DNA from: Ignicoccus islandicus DSM 13165
GTDB lineage: Archaea; Thermoproteota; Thermoprotei_A; Sulfolobales; Ignicoccaceae
DNA: 32,000 nt
Assembly (NCBI RefSeq): GCF_001481685.1
Contig: NZ_CP006867.1
Span: forward strand, 660,001 to 692,000
Direction: 5' to 3'
The notes under the pieces are model-generated. The model saw only the letters and a program-made list of their open reading frames with translations. It did no database searches and was not told the DNA's origin. Of this stretch, positions 16,937-26,257 are shown piece by piece. The first letter of the stretch is position 1, and every line of letters begins with the position of its first letter. The translations under genes were made by a program, and so were the position numbers.

Positions 16937-17994
16937 AGCCCCATCCCATAGACAGATTTATTGGTCTACAGAAATATTTCACTTCCGTTACGCCGCCGTG
17001 CGAAATTAGAATCGAGCGTCCATATGATTTTCATGTAATAGAAAATCCTTATTTAGAGCAAGGTAATGAAAACTTGTATATAATGGAAAAATGTTGTATA
17101 GATACAATTCATGCAGTAAGGGAACTTGAAAAAGCGACTGGAACTACTTGGAAGTATTCGGGATTGAAAGACGCGCATGCAGTCACGGTTCAGTTAGTAA
17201 GTTCATGGTCATCAATCAAGAATGAAATGACTCTGTCTAAGGGAAAGAAATGCGTAAGGGTTAAGAAGGTAGGAGTCGGGAAGTTAGTCAAAGGAAAGAC
17301 CAAGGGAAACGTGTTCGTAATAAGGCTTCGCCCGGAATGTAACGTTAAGGAATACATTGATGGAGTTTTATCAGAACTCTACTGCGTTCCTGGAATATAT
17401 GGATACCAAAGATTTGGGACTAAGAGACCCATAACGCACGTAATAGGTAAGCTTATACTAAAAGACTCATTCGATGAAGCTCTTGACGTCCTCCTAGGTG
17501 AACCAACGCCTTGGGAAAGTCCAGTCGCGAGGGAAATTAGAAAAAGATACTATTCTGAAGGCCCAAAAGCCTATTTAGACGCACCTAAATATATGGATAT
17601 AGAAAGGAAAGTTTCACTCATGCTCCTTAATGGATATTCTCCCAAATACGCATTAAAGAGACTTCGCATATTCGATCTATTCTTAAACGCATTTCAAGCA
17701 TACATATATAACTTAGCTCTGACAAGCGAAAACGAAATAAACAGATTCAATGTGACTCCGGGCTATAATACTTGGGGGCTTTATCGGGAATACTTTGAAC
17801 TAAATGAAGTAGATAGGAAAAGTCTCAAGCGATATAGGATAAGAGGGGTTCACAGATTACCTTGTTACAACGCTCAAATTCGATTACATAAACTGGATGG
17901 GGACGTAGTTCTAGTTTTTAAGCTGCCGAGGGGCTATTACGCTACAAGTGTATTGAGAGAAATTGTGAAAGGCGATCCAAAAAACTTTTCTTAA
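16933..17994 (+). CDS. truD: tRNA pseudouridine synthase TruD/Pus7 family
   Basis: [11 protein letters not shown] (catalytic Asp motif GxKDxxAxTxQ) and GYQRFG. 353 aa. ATGA start/stop overlap with rpl14e. Confidence 0.85.
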   Translation: MKPHPIDRFIGLQKYFTSVTPPCEIRIERPYDFHVIENPYLEQGNENLYIMEKCCIDTIHAVRELEKATGTTWKYSGLKDAHAVTVQLVSSWSSIKNEMTLSKGKKCVRVKKVGVGKLVKGKTKGNVFVIRLRPECNVKEYIDGVLSELYCVPGIYGYQRFGTKRPITHVIGKLILKDSFDEALDVLLGEPTPWESPVAREIRKRYYSEGPKAYLDAPKYMDIERKVSLMLLNGYSPKYALKRLRIFDLFLNAFQAYIYNLALTSENEINRFNVTPGYNTWGLYREYFELNEVDRKSLKRYRIRGVHRLPCYNAQIRLHKLDGDVVLVFKLPRGYYATSVLREIVKGDPKNFS

Positions 17995-18962
17995 GATTCC
18001 ACCACCGGACCTATTACGGTTTTTCCTACGAGCTTGTTGATGAATTCTACTTGTTCGTCTATTATTTCTTGAAGCCTCCTAATTTGATCCTCTGTCATGT
18101 GTCTGAATCTACCTTGAATCTTTACGAACTCTCTAACCGGTTTCCTCTTTAACACCGGTTGGGTGACCTTATATTGGCCGTGATCATATTCGTATAGGAT
18201 CCAATAGCCCGTTTGGACGGCCAGCCTCGCTACCTCTATAGTTAGCGAGGGATCGAACCTCCACCCGGTGGGGCAGGGGCTATAGGCGTGCAGGAAACTC
18301 GGTCCATCTTCATTGAGCGCTTTAACCATTTTATTATACATATCAACCGGATACGCAGGATTTATTGTTGCGGCGTACGGTACGTGATGAGCTACTGCTA
18401 TCTGAATCATGTCTTTTCTAACTCTCCATTCTCCCTTCCACCTCTTACCTACGGGCGTCGTAGTAGTCCAAGCACCGAATGGCGTTGAACCAGACCTCTG
18501 AATTCCAGTGTTCATGTACGCCTCGTTATCAAGGAGAACGTATACTACTTTGTGACCCCTTTCGAGCATACCCGAAAGGCTCTGGAAGCCTATGTCTACA
18601 GTACCTCCGTCTCCGGCGAATACGACTACATTGATCCTCTCGTCTTTCGGTAGGACTCCTTTCTTCTGAAGTACTTTTACTGCGGCTTCAACACCGGAAG
18701 CGACCGCTCCACCGTTCTCGAAAGCTACGTGAATCCATGGAACTCTCCAGCTAGTATATGGGAATACCGATGTTACGACCTCTAGACACCCCGTAGGGTT
18801 TACTACTATCGTATTAGGACCGGCCGCCTTCAGTAAGTGCCTAACTATTACGAAGTGACCACATCCTTGACAGGCTGAGTGACCAGGTGCTATTAGCTCT
18901 CCTCTAGGTATTTGCATGTGAGTTCTTATTGGTTCCATGGGTTTTACTTCCTTAAGAGCCAT
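17991..18962 (-). CDS. porB: 2-oxoacid (pyruvate/ketoisovalerate):ferredoxin oxidoreductase beta subunit
   Basis: GHSACQGCG and TPP-binding FAGDGGTVDIG...NEAYMNTG. Last gene of the gamma-delta-alpha-beta operon. Substrate cannot be determined from sequence alone. Confidence 0.92.
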   Translation of the reverse strand: MALKEVKPMEPIRTHMQIPRGELIAPGHSACQGCGHFVIVRHLLKAAGPNTIVVNPTGCLEVVTSVFPYTSWRVPWIHVAFENGGAVASGVEAAVKVLQKKGVLPKDERINVVVFAGDGGTVDIGFQSLSGMLERGHKVVYVLLDNEAYMNTGIQRSGSTPFGAWTTTTPVGKRWKGEWRVRKDMIQIAVAHHVPYAATINPAYPVDMYNKMVKALNEDGPSFLHAYSPCPTGWRFDPSLTIEVARLAVQTGYWILYEYDHGQYKVTQPVLKRKPVREFVKIQGRFRHMTEDQIRRLQEIIDEQVEFINKLVGKTVIGPVVES

Positions 18963-19012
18963 ACATCACCACCTCCAACATCATAGACTTATTCAATAAG
19001 ATAATTGAAAAA

Positions 19013-20203
19013 TTACTCCCTTAGACCTATTGGAATGGTCTTGTCTGGTACTTGTTTGCCCTCGCTAAACTCCTTTAACTGCTTGGCGACTGCTACTAGG
19101 TCTTCTACTCTCACATCTCTCTGACCTATTCCGATAGTGTAACTAGCTAACTTGGGAGCACATGAAGGATCGCTTGCATACATACTCATAACGTCCAGAG
19201 ATACTGGTCCCTGTCTAGGTGCCCCCAAGGAGAAGGCTCTGTCCAGAACCCCAACCACGCTCACGTTCTCTAGCGCCTTCCTTAAGTGAGGAGTTGGGAA
19301 GGGCCTCCAGAGCCTTAGCCTTATCAATCCGACTTTGATGCCTTCCTTTCTGGCTTCATCTACAGCAACTCTTGCCGTTCCAGCGTGAGCACCGTAGGCG
19401 AGCATCGCTACTTCGGCGTCATCCATTCTGTACGTCTCAATTACACCGTACTTATGGCCGAACATCTCACCGAACTTCTCGTCGGCTTCTTCCGCAACCT
19501 TTAGAGCGTTCTCCATTGCTACTTGTTGCTGGTATTTGAACTCGTAATAGTAATCTGGATCTCCTACTACACCCATACTCACCGGGTTCTTCGGGTTTAG
19601 CGTTTTCCAAGTTATCTTCTTTGGAATGTACTTCAACACGTCTTCTTTATCGTATACATCTACCGGTTCAGTGACGTGGCTCATAACGAATCCATCGTAG
19701 TCGACGATGGCTGGCAAGTGAACTCTGGGATCCTCAGCTACTTTGAACGCTTGAATGACCGTATCATATGCTTCTTGAGCTGAGCTAACGAAGTATATGA
19801 TTAAGCCAGCATCCCTTAATACCGCTATATCGTGCATATCTCCCCAGATGCTCAGGGGAGCGCTTAAGGCCCTTGAAGCCACGCCTAGAACTATTGGTAG
19901 CCTGAGTCCTGAGGCTATGTATAAGACCTCGGCCATATAAACCAATCCTTGGCTGGCCGTAACCGTAAACGCTCGGGCACCTACAGCAGAGGCACCGACT
20001 AGCGCGGAAGCAGCGGAATGTTCTGACTCAACGTGTATGTACTCGGCATCCATTTCTCCGTTCGCGACGAATTCTGCTAGCTTCTCTGCAGCGGGCGTGG
20101 ATGGAGTTATTGGATACGCCGCTACTACGTCTACATCAGAGTCTTTGGCAGCATGTGCAACTGCGTAGTTCGTTGTTAGAGCTTTCCTAGTTTTCCTAAC
20201 CAT
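19013..20203 (-). CDS. porA: 2-oxoacid:ferredoxin oxidoreductase alpha subunit
   Basis: ALTTNYAVAHAA...AAYPITPST...ESEHSA motifs. I prefer ATG 20203, 5 nt after the porD stop, over ATG 20230, which overlaps porD by 22 nt. Confidence 0.92.
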   Translation of the reverse strand: MVRKTRKALTTNYAVAHAAKDSDVDVVAAYPITPSTPAAEKLAEFVANGEMDAEYIHVESEHSAASALVGASAVGARAFTVTASQGLVYMAEVLYIASGLRLPIVLGVASRALSAPLSIWGDMHDIAVLRDAGLIIYFVSSAQEAYDTVIQAFKVAEDPRVHLPAIVDYDGFVMSHVTEPVDVYDKEDVLKYIPKKITWKTLNPKNPVSMGVVGDPDYYYEFKYQQQVAMENALKVAEEADEKFGEMFGHKYGVIETYRMDDAEVAMLAYGAHAGTARVAVDEARKEGIKVGLIRLRLWRPFPTPHLRKALENVSVVGVLDRAFSLGAPRQGPVSLDVMSMYASDPSCAPKLASYTIGIGQRDVRVEDLVAVAKQLKEFSEGKQVPDKTIPIGLRE

Positions 20204-20208
20204 ATCTA

Positions 20209-20514
20209 TCACCTCTCTTCGGGTACCCATTCTATAGCATTAACTGGGCATTCCCTCCAACAAATACCACAACCTTTACAATGTTCATAATCTACATCGT
20301 ATCTTTTTCCTAGCTTAGCATTAGGGTCGTCAATTTCAAGTATTGCATCATCTGGACAGTATATCCAGCAAAGTCTACACCTAGTGCACTTTTCATCTAC
20401 TATAACTGGTTTGAAGACTCTCCACTCGCCAGTTGAAATTACCTCAGAGTTTCCTGGATCGGAGATTATTGCTCCTTCGGGTAATTCCTTCCAACCAGGT
20501 AACTTTGAGCTCAT
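20209..20514 (-). CDS. porD: 2-oxoacid:ferredoxin oxidoreductase delta subunit (2x[4Fe-4S] ferredoxin-like)
   Basis: CTRCRLCWIYCP and CKGCGICWRECP cluster motifs. ATGA overlap with the gamma subunit. Confidence 0.9.
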   Translation of the reverse strand: MSSKLPGWKELPEGAIISDPGNSEVISTGEWRVFKPVIVDEKCTRCRLCWIYCPDDAILEIDDPNAKLGKRYDVDYEHCKGCGICWRECPVNAIEWVPEER

Positions 20515-21065
20515 GGGACTATCACCTCTTCATATGCTCTTTTAACAGCTTCTATGTTGGCCTCTACTGTTCTTGGGGGGACTTTAGACTTTACAGCTTC
20601 TAGTACTGAATCTAAAGAAACTAAACCAGTTACTTTTACGAAAGCGCCTAAGATGGCTGTATTGACTATCGGCCTCTTTAGAGTTTCTAGGGCTATCTTC
20701 GTTGCGTCTACAGTTGCGACTTTAGCATCTTCTCTATTTAGTATCTTTTTGACCTCTTCAGGAGATTTTTCCGTGTTAACTATTACCGTTCCCCCTTCCT
20801 TCAAGCCTTGCGCTAGTCGTGGTTCTAATAGAGTAGGATCTAATACGACCATAATATCTGGTGTATATATTTTAGATCTAACGTAGATAGGAGAATCGCT
20901 AATTCGAGTATATGCTTCTACCGGTGCTCCTCTCCTTTCGACGCCGAAGGAAGGAAACGCTTGAGCGTACTTCCCCTCGCTTATAGCGGCTATAGCTACG
21001 ATCTCCGAAGCCGTAACGGCTCCTTGACCACCTCGACCGTGCCATCTAACCTCGACTAGAGACAA
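20511..21065 (-). CDS. porC: 2-oxoacid:ferredoxin oxidoreductase gamma subunit
   Basis: RWHGRGGQGAVTASEI...FPSFGVERRGAPV is the typical gamma-subunit N-terminus. TTG start. Confidence 0.9.
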   Translation of the reverse strand: MSLVEVRWHGRGGQGAVTASEIVAIAAISEGKYAQAFPSFGVERRGAPVEAYTRISDSPIYVRSKIYTPDIMVVLDPTLLEPRLAQGLKEGGTVIVNTEKSPEEVKKILNREDAKVATVDATKIALETLKRPIVNTAILGAFVKVTGLVSLDSVLEAVKSKVPPRTVEANIEAVKRAYEEVIVP

Positions 21066-21098
21066 CGCACGGAACCCGTAGAACTGGGAATAAGGGGG

Positions 21099-21114
21099 TT
21101 TATACGTGTATAAA
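21099..21114 (-). promoter_or_regulatory. Palindromic double TATA element upstream of the oxidoreductase operon
   Basis: TTTATAC-GT-GTATAAA is a perfect 7-bp inverted repeat, each arm TATA-like. It lies 34-49 nt upstream of the gamma-subunit start and just downstream of the giant ORF stop. Confidence 0.4.
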
Positions 21115-21130
21115 CTTACTTAGGTTATAC

Positions 21131-24100
21131 TTACTTCAAGGAATACGTTAGCAATTGCAATATGTTTCTTATTAGGTCGTTCAAGTAAGGTATTGTTTGT
21201 AGAATTGTAGTTGTAAGGACCTTCGTTACTGTTGTTGTGTAATTAAGTATCCTCTCTATATTAGTCTTTATTGTTACTGTAAATGTCAGTTGTTTGGTTA
21301 TTGTGGTTGTTATCTCCTTTGAGACGGTAGTTGTAGTAATTGAAGTTGTAGTAACAATATTCTCTATAGTCTTAACTAACGTCACTTCTGATAGAGACGT
21401 AATAGTGCTTAGAGAAGTGACGAATGCTAAGAAGGCCTTTGTAAGCGTTGAGGTAACTGTTACGTGAATCCCAGTTAGCAATAACTGAGTTGTTGTAAGC
21501 ACTTGCGTAATTGGAATTAATAATGACGTTAACATAGTTGTTATAGAGTTTATTACAATTGGCTTTACTTTCGTTACTAGTTCAGTTGTTATCAAAGTTA
21601 TAGTAGACTTAATCATCAAGGGAATTGACGCTATTACTGTAGTATAGACTATTGATGGAGAAACTGTAATACCTAGGACCTTAGTAATTGTTGTTGTAAC
21701 TGGTATTTCGGCTAATTTAGATAGCATAGTGGTAATCGTGAGCGTTATTGCATTTGTTAACGTAACCGTTAAAGTACTATTTCTTATTAGTAATCTATAT
21801 ACTGTCGTAGTTTGTTCAAGGTTTCTTGGGATTATAATAGTCTTTGTAATCGTTAGGGTACGTCCGTATCCATCAATTAACATGGTAATCGTAGTTGTTT
21901 TCAAACTCATTAGTGGTAATATGAGCGTCCTAGTGGTGGTTATTGGCATCACTCTAGTTGTGACTACGTTTTTAACCCTCTCAATCTCTATTGGTATCGT
22001 TATCTTCTTAGTGAATCTCTTCTCTAGAGGTATTAGTATGGACTTCGTGGTAGTATATACCTCTTGAATGAAGTTAGTTACTGTGTTTGTTTTGGTTAGT
22101 GGTAATATCTTTGTATAAGGTAACGTCCTGGTATATTCGTAAGTTAACGGTACAAAGACTTTGACGGTCTCGGTAGTTACTACTGGGACAGGTTCGTAAA
22201 GCGTTGTCGTCGAAGTCACAGGCATGAAGGTAGTAAGGTGAAGCGTTACTACCTTTTGAATTGGGACAAGTTTACTGATAGTTGTGGTATATGTATTGAT
22301 TAGAGTTTGGGTTATCTCGTGTATGATAGTAAGCGTTTGAGTTACCGTCGTTACTAAGCTTGTACTCAAAGTGATACGTAGAGGTATCAGTAAACTCTTG
22401 GTTAGAATTTGCGTCAATGTTGAGGTTATAGTGCTTACCAGACTTACTAAAGATACTTGAGATACGAAATACGGAACAGTTAACGTCTTTTCCACGGGTT
22501 TTATAACAGTACTTAGCTCCTTCTGGGTAATTAGGATAGGCGTTACTATTGTTTTAGTCAAATAGTTCGTTAATACTTTTAATGATGTAATAGTTGTCGT
22601 GGTTATATATGTTTCGATACTCGTTAAGTACTTTACATAGGTAGCAGTCGTAGTAATCGTTTTAGTTACTTCCATAACGTTAGTAAGGGTTGTAGTCAAG
22701 GTCTTGAAAACGTTTACTATGACTTCTTGGAGGCGCGTATTAGTTAATGTCTCAGTAATCCTCAAAGTAGTTACAAATAGCTTAGGTACAATGCTTGTAG
22801 TAACTCTTTCAATCGTTGTAGTAATAACTGATATTATGGGATAGGGTTTTGGAACTTCCTTAGTTAAGGTCAAGGTGACTAGTTGAGTTACCGTTTTGAG
22901 TTGGGTGAACGTTCTCTCTACTATTCTAGTTAAGGTTGTGGTAGTGCTTTCGATGATAGTGGATGTGAAAGTTATTGCCGTAGTAATCCAGCTATTTGAA
23001 TAGATGGTAATAGTCTTTGTTGTAGTTGCCTTTAAGGTAGTTAGTATAGTAGTAGGTATATATTCTGTGAATGTTTTAACGATAGGTTCTACTAAGGTCT
23101 TAGTAGAAGTTGCTACGATAGAGTATACCTTGGTGTATGTGATTGGTATAGATGCGAAGACGGTTTTCGTTACTTCGAGGGTACTTGTTATTGTTGTAGT
23201 GATTTCACGAGTAAAGAAAGCAGAGCTTACGTAATAAATCACCTTCGTGTAAGTACTTGTCAGTTCGATTGGTTGTAAATGCGTTAGCGTTAAGGTGGTA
23301 GTTATTGTCTCGTATCTTGTAATTGTAGTAATTAAGCTTATCAGTTCGGAAATAGTCATTAGCGAGGTTGTTATAGGTTTGCTGAGAGTTTGAGTTATAA
23401 CTTGCGTAATTATTGTTGTAAGGGTCCTATACGATGTAACTGTAGTGGTTGTGGTTACGGAAGACAACAAGTACTTTAAGAGAGTTATTGTAGTAGATAT
23501 AACGTTTTCAATGACCTTAGTGAGAGTTTTCGTTACCTCTGACGTTACAGTGTATACTATGGTGGAGATAGATGGGACTGCCACCAGTCTAGTTGTAGTA
23601 TAGGTAGATGTGACTGTAACCTCGTAGCTTCCTTCACCTATGGCAAAGGTAACGTAGGATCTGCCTATTTTCATTACCTTAGTAGTTATCACATTACTAA
23701 TTTTGTTTACTACTGGAACCTCTACTTGGGTAGTAATAGTTGTAGTGAAGTTTCGGTACTCAATTTCGATAGTGGTTTCGACAGGTATTTCAGTAATCGG
23801 ACTTTCTAAAGGAGATAGTGGTGAGGCGGCTAAACCTACCGTATAGGGTATCTTTAGGATCGCTGGAATAAGAGTGGTAGTATATATAGTGCTTGTATAC
23901 TTGACTATCTTGAACGTCGTTACTGTATAAGTCCTTTCCAGTTCAACTGGCCTTAGTTCTGTTATTGTCTTGAAGTTTGTAACAGTCGTGAGAACGTAGT
24001 TAGGAGGAAGCGTATCAAGTTTAATTAGCTTCAAATTTGCTATTGCAAACATTACGTTATATGGTGGGGATGTAATTAACATGTTCAATCCTACGTAGCT

Positions 24101-24829
24101 TTCCGGAGCATATTCTAAGCTTAGTGAATCAACTAACCATCCGAAGCCTTCCGGAGTAAGAACAGACGACCTAGATATTATCGAAACCTTCCTGACGGCT
24201 TCATGGAAGTCCCTCCCAACAACAGAATAAGCGATGATAATCCTTTTTGCCCAATTTTTCAATTCTAGGTCATCGCGACCCATAACCCTTAAGTGGAAGT
24301 AAGCCTCAGCGACCCAATCGTTGTTAATACCAATTAGAGATCTGGCCTTCATTGCTACCTCTTCAACAATCCCATCAATTAGAACTGAGTATGTTTCATT
24401 AAAGCCCCTACATTTTAGGTTAGATAGCCCTTCTAATGCAATGAGTTTGGCTAAAGGATCTGATGTGTTTAGTATCTTATTAGTAACATCCGAAATGAAG
24501 TTTAGCAAACTCTCGTTACACTCGGAATTGAGGATGGAAAGTGAGGCGATACCGTATGCAGCATCGAGGTAATCTGAATGCTTGATGGCTTCTGTAGTCA
24601 ACTCTATTAATCGCTCTCTCAATTCAGGTATGTCGAGGTTATTCGTCGCATTCATCAAGAGTATTGTCTTAAGGGAAATGTACGTCTTCGGCAGGTCCGT
24701 GAAATCTAACGGTACCAGGTTCCCATTCACTAGGTTAATTGTGACGGCAGTGTAATTGAAGCTGTTAATCGGATTAGAGACTGCTATTGTTATGAGCACT
24801 AGTGAAACTATTAGCGTGCTAAGCCTCAT
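21131..24829 (-). CDS. Giant secreted Thr/Ile/Val-rich protein (1232 aa), family unknown; probable cell-surface glycoprotein
   Basis: Uninterrupted 3.7-kb ORF with an ATG start and a CTATATAATT box about 35 nt upstream. Signal-like N-terminus MRLSTLIVSLVLITIAVS, then a ~330-aa normal-composition domain with many N-x-S/T sequons, then ~900 aa of degenerate T/I/V/L/S/K/E sequence with TTT to TTTTT runs. Confidence 0.85.
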   Translation of the reverse strand: MRLSTLIVSLVLITIAVSNPINSFNYTAVTINLVNGNLVPLDFTDLPKTYISLKTILLMNATNNLDIPELRERLIELTTEAIKHSDYLDAAYGIASLSILNSECNESLLNFISDVTNKILNTSDPLAKLIALEGLSNLKCRGFNETYSVLIDGIVEEVAMKARSLIGINNDWVAEAYFHLRVMGRDDLELKNWAKRIIIAYSVVGRDFHEAVRKVSIISRSSVLTPEGFGWLVDSLSLEYAPESYVGLNMLITSPPYNVMFAIANLKLIKLDTLPPNYVLTTVTNFKTITELRPVELERTYTVTTFKIVKYTSTIYTTTLIPAILKIPYTVGLAASPLSPLESPITEIPVETTIEIEYRNFTTTITTQVEVPVVNKISNVITTKVMKIGRSYVTFAIGEGSYEVTVTSTYTTTRLVAVPSISTIVYTVTSEVTKTLTKVIENVISTTITLLKYLLSSVTTTTTVTSYRTLTTIITQVITQTLSKPITTSLMTISELISLITTITRYETITTTLTLTHLQPIELTSTYTKVIYYVSSAFFTREITTTITSTLEVTKTVFASIPITYTKVYSIVATSTKTLVEPIVKTFTEYIPTTILTTLKATTTKTITIYSNSWITTAITFTSTIIESTTTTLTRIVERTFTQLKTVTQLVTLTLTKEVPKPYPIISVITTTIERVTTSIVPKLFVTTLRITETLTNTRLQEVIVNVFKTLTTTLTNVMEVTKTITTTATYVKYLTSIETYITTTTITSLKVLTNYLTKTIVTPILITQKELSTVIKPVEKTLTVPYFVSQVSLVSLVSTITSTLTQILTKSLLIPLRITLSTSLVTTVTQTLTIIHEITQTLINTYTTTISKLVPIQKVVTLHLTTFMPVTSTTTLYEPVPVVTTETVKVFVPLTYEYTRTLPYTKILPLTKTNTVTNFIQEVYTTTKSILIPLEKRFTKKITIPIEIERVKNVVTTRVMPITTTRTLILPLMSLKTTTITMLIDGYGRTLTITKTIIIPRNLEQTTTVYRLLIRNSTLTVTLTNAITLTITTMLSKLAEIPVTTTITKVLGITVSPSIVYTTVIASIPLMIKSTITLITTELVTKVKPIVINSITTMLTSLLIPITQVLTTTQLLLTGIHVTVTSTLTKAFLAFVTSLSTITSLSEVTLVKTIENIVTTTSITTTTVSKEITTTITKQLTFTVTIKTNIERILNYTTTVTKVLTTTILQTIPYLNDLIRNILQLLTYSLK

Positions 24830-25104
24830 AATTCAATTTCCCGAAGTATTCCCGAGTACAGAATTATATAGGATTCACCCTTGTTTCGACCTCATCGATT
24901 AAACCGAGATTAAGACGAATCGTCTCGTCTAAGTCATTTGGAATTCAATCGCAAGGTGTATGACTCAATGTTCCCGCTTCGCGGATTTATTCTTAGCCTT
25001 TAGAATAATAAGGTATAACTTCAAGGGACACAATATGCTCAATATAAAGATGATTATAAATTGCGAGTATGACTTGAGAGAGTACATAGGTATAGTAATA
25101 GGAG

Positions 25105-25183
25105 TGGTGCGGCGGCCGGGATTTGAACCCGGGATCACCGGCTTGGAAGGCCGGCATCCTAGTCCAGGCTAGACGACCGCCGC
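25105..25183 (-). tRNA. tRNA-Gly(TCC), CCA encoded
   Basis: RNA sense is GCGGCGG TC GTCT AGCCTGGACTA GGAT G CCGGC CTTCCAA GCCGG TGATC CCGGG TTCAAAT CCCGG CCGCCGC A CCA. Confidence 0.92.
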
Positions 25184-25194
25184 ACGAGGGATGT

Positions 25195-25271
<77 letters not shown>

Positions 25272-25292
25272 ATATTGGGGTCACCCAACAGC

Positions 25293-25300
25293 CTTTATAA
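25293..25300 (-). promoter_or_regulatory. Putative TATA box for the tRNA-Ala/tRNA-Gly unit
   Basis: Minus-strand TTATAAAG lies 22-29 nt upstream of the tRNA-Ala 5' end. The two tRNAs are only 11 nt apart, so are probably co-transcribed. Confidence 0.45.
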
Positions 25301-25358
25301 GTTTTTATCTTACTAACTCTTTACTAAACCTAGCTTAAGGTCTGAATTAGGGAGAAAC

Positions 25359-25883
25359 ATGAAGGCAGTGATATTGATTGGTCCGTTAGTGGACGAATAC
25401 GAAGTCGTTGTACCCTACGCGTTGTTCAAGGCCCATGGATTCGAAGTCGATGTAGCGTCTTTCGAAAGCGGAAAACCAGTCACAGGAAAGAGAGGATTCG
25501 AACTAGAGCTAGTTCCTAACAAGTCGTTCTCTGAGCTCGATCCAAGCGAATATGATACTGTGATTATTGCTGGGGGCTATGCTCCAGACAAAGTTAGAAG
25601 AGATGAGAACGTGAAAAAGTTTGTAAAGGAAATGTTCAATCAAGGGAAATTAATTTTGAGTATTTGTCATGGAGGATGGGTTCTAATCAGCGCGGGGATA
25701 GCCAAAGGTAAGAGGATAACTGGGAGTCAAGGTATATGGGACGACTTGAGGAACGCTGGAGCAATAGTTGAAGATGCCCCTCTAGTTATTGATGGAAACG
25801 TCGTTAGCGTAAAGACGTGGAGGGAATTTGATCATCTAATAAAGAACTTCGATAAAGTCTTAGAGATATTGAAAAATAACTAA
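25359..25883 (+). CDS. pfpI: PfpI/DJ-1 family intracellular protease or deglycase
   Basis: 174 aa. IIAGGYAP and the nucleophile elbow SICHGGWVLISAGI, with size and layout of PfpI. Confidence 0.88.
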   Translation: MKAVILIGPLVDEYEVVVPYALFKAHGFEVDVASFESGKPVTGKRGFELELVPNKSFSELDPSEYDTVIIAGGYAPDKVRRDENVKKFVKEMFNQGKLILSICHGGWVLISAGIAKGKRITGSQGIWDDLRNAGAIVEDAPLVIDGNVVSVKTWREFDHLIKNFDKVLEILKNN

Positions 25884-25916
25884 CAAATAACTAACTTTCA
25901 GTAGTAATAGTTGATA

Positions 25917-25981
25917 GAGATGAGGACGCTCGGAAGGGGCGATTGATGAGCACGAACCCGGAACTGATCCTCGGTGTCTGA
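25917..25981 (+). ncRNA. Candidate box C/D-like sRNA or structured 5' leader (non-canonical spacing)
   Basis: A GC-rich island after an AT-rich spacer contains GAGATGA (25917-23), TTGATGA (25943-49) and CTGA at 25964-67 and 25978-81. Box spacing is 14-15 nt rather than 12, and no clean C'/D' pair is present. Confidence 0.25.
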
Positions 25982-25984
25982 GTC

Positions 25985-26257
25985 ATGTTCTCAAAAACAG
26001 AATTAGAGGCATTGATAGCTTCGACTGAGAAAGCGTTTAGAGAACTTCGAGAGAGAATAGGTAATTACAAATATGAAAAAGGAAAGATAGGTAAATCTGA
26101 AGTTAGACTAATATATAAAGTTTTGAACGCAGAGGGCGAATACTTAATTTTCATTAAATATAGAGAGGGTAAAGTGTGGGTAGAAGGGCCGAGACACATT
26201 GCAATTCCTTTGAAAAACAGAATTAACTCGCTTCTTGGGAGGCTTCTAGAACAATAA
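25985..26257 (+). CDS. Hypothetical protein (90 aa)
   Basis: ATG ORF with balanced, globular-looking composition (helix then beta strands). No motif recognised. Confidence 0.45.
   Translation: MFSKTELEALIASTEKAFRELRERIGNYKYEKGKIGKSEVRLIYKVLNAEGEYLIFIKYREGKVWVEGPRHIAIPLKNRINSLLGRLLEQ

Noticed and set aside
21729-23234. Plus-strand ORFs (21729-22067, 23004-23234, and also 24321-24572) encoding Val-rich peptides inside the giant gene
   Set aside because: These are antisense shadows. Thr codons (ACN) on the minus strand read as Val (GTN/NGT) on the plus strand. The peptides are short, of extreme composition, and fully contained in a 3.7-kb ORF.
24960-25172. 70-aa plus-strand ORF ending in ...RRPGFEPGITGLEGRHPSPG
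   Set aside because: Its 3' third is the antisense of tRNA-Gly. The remainder is AT-rich promoter and spacer sequence.
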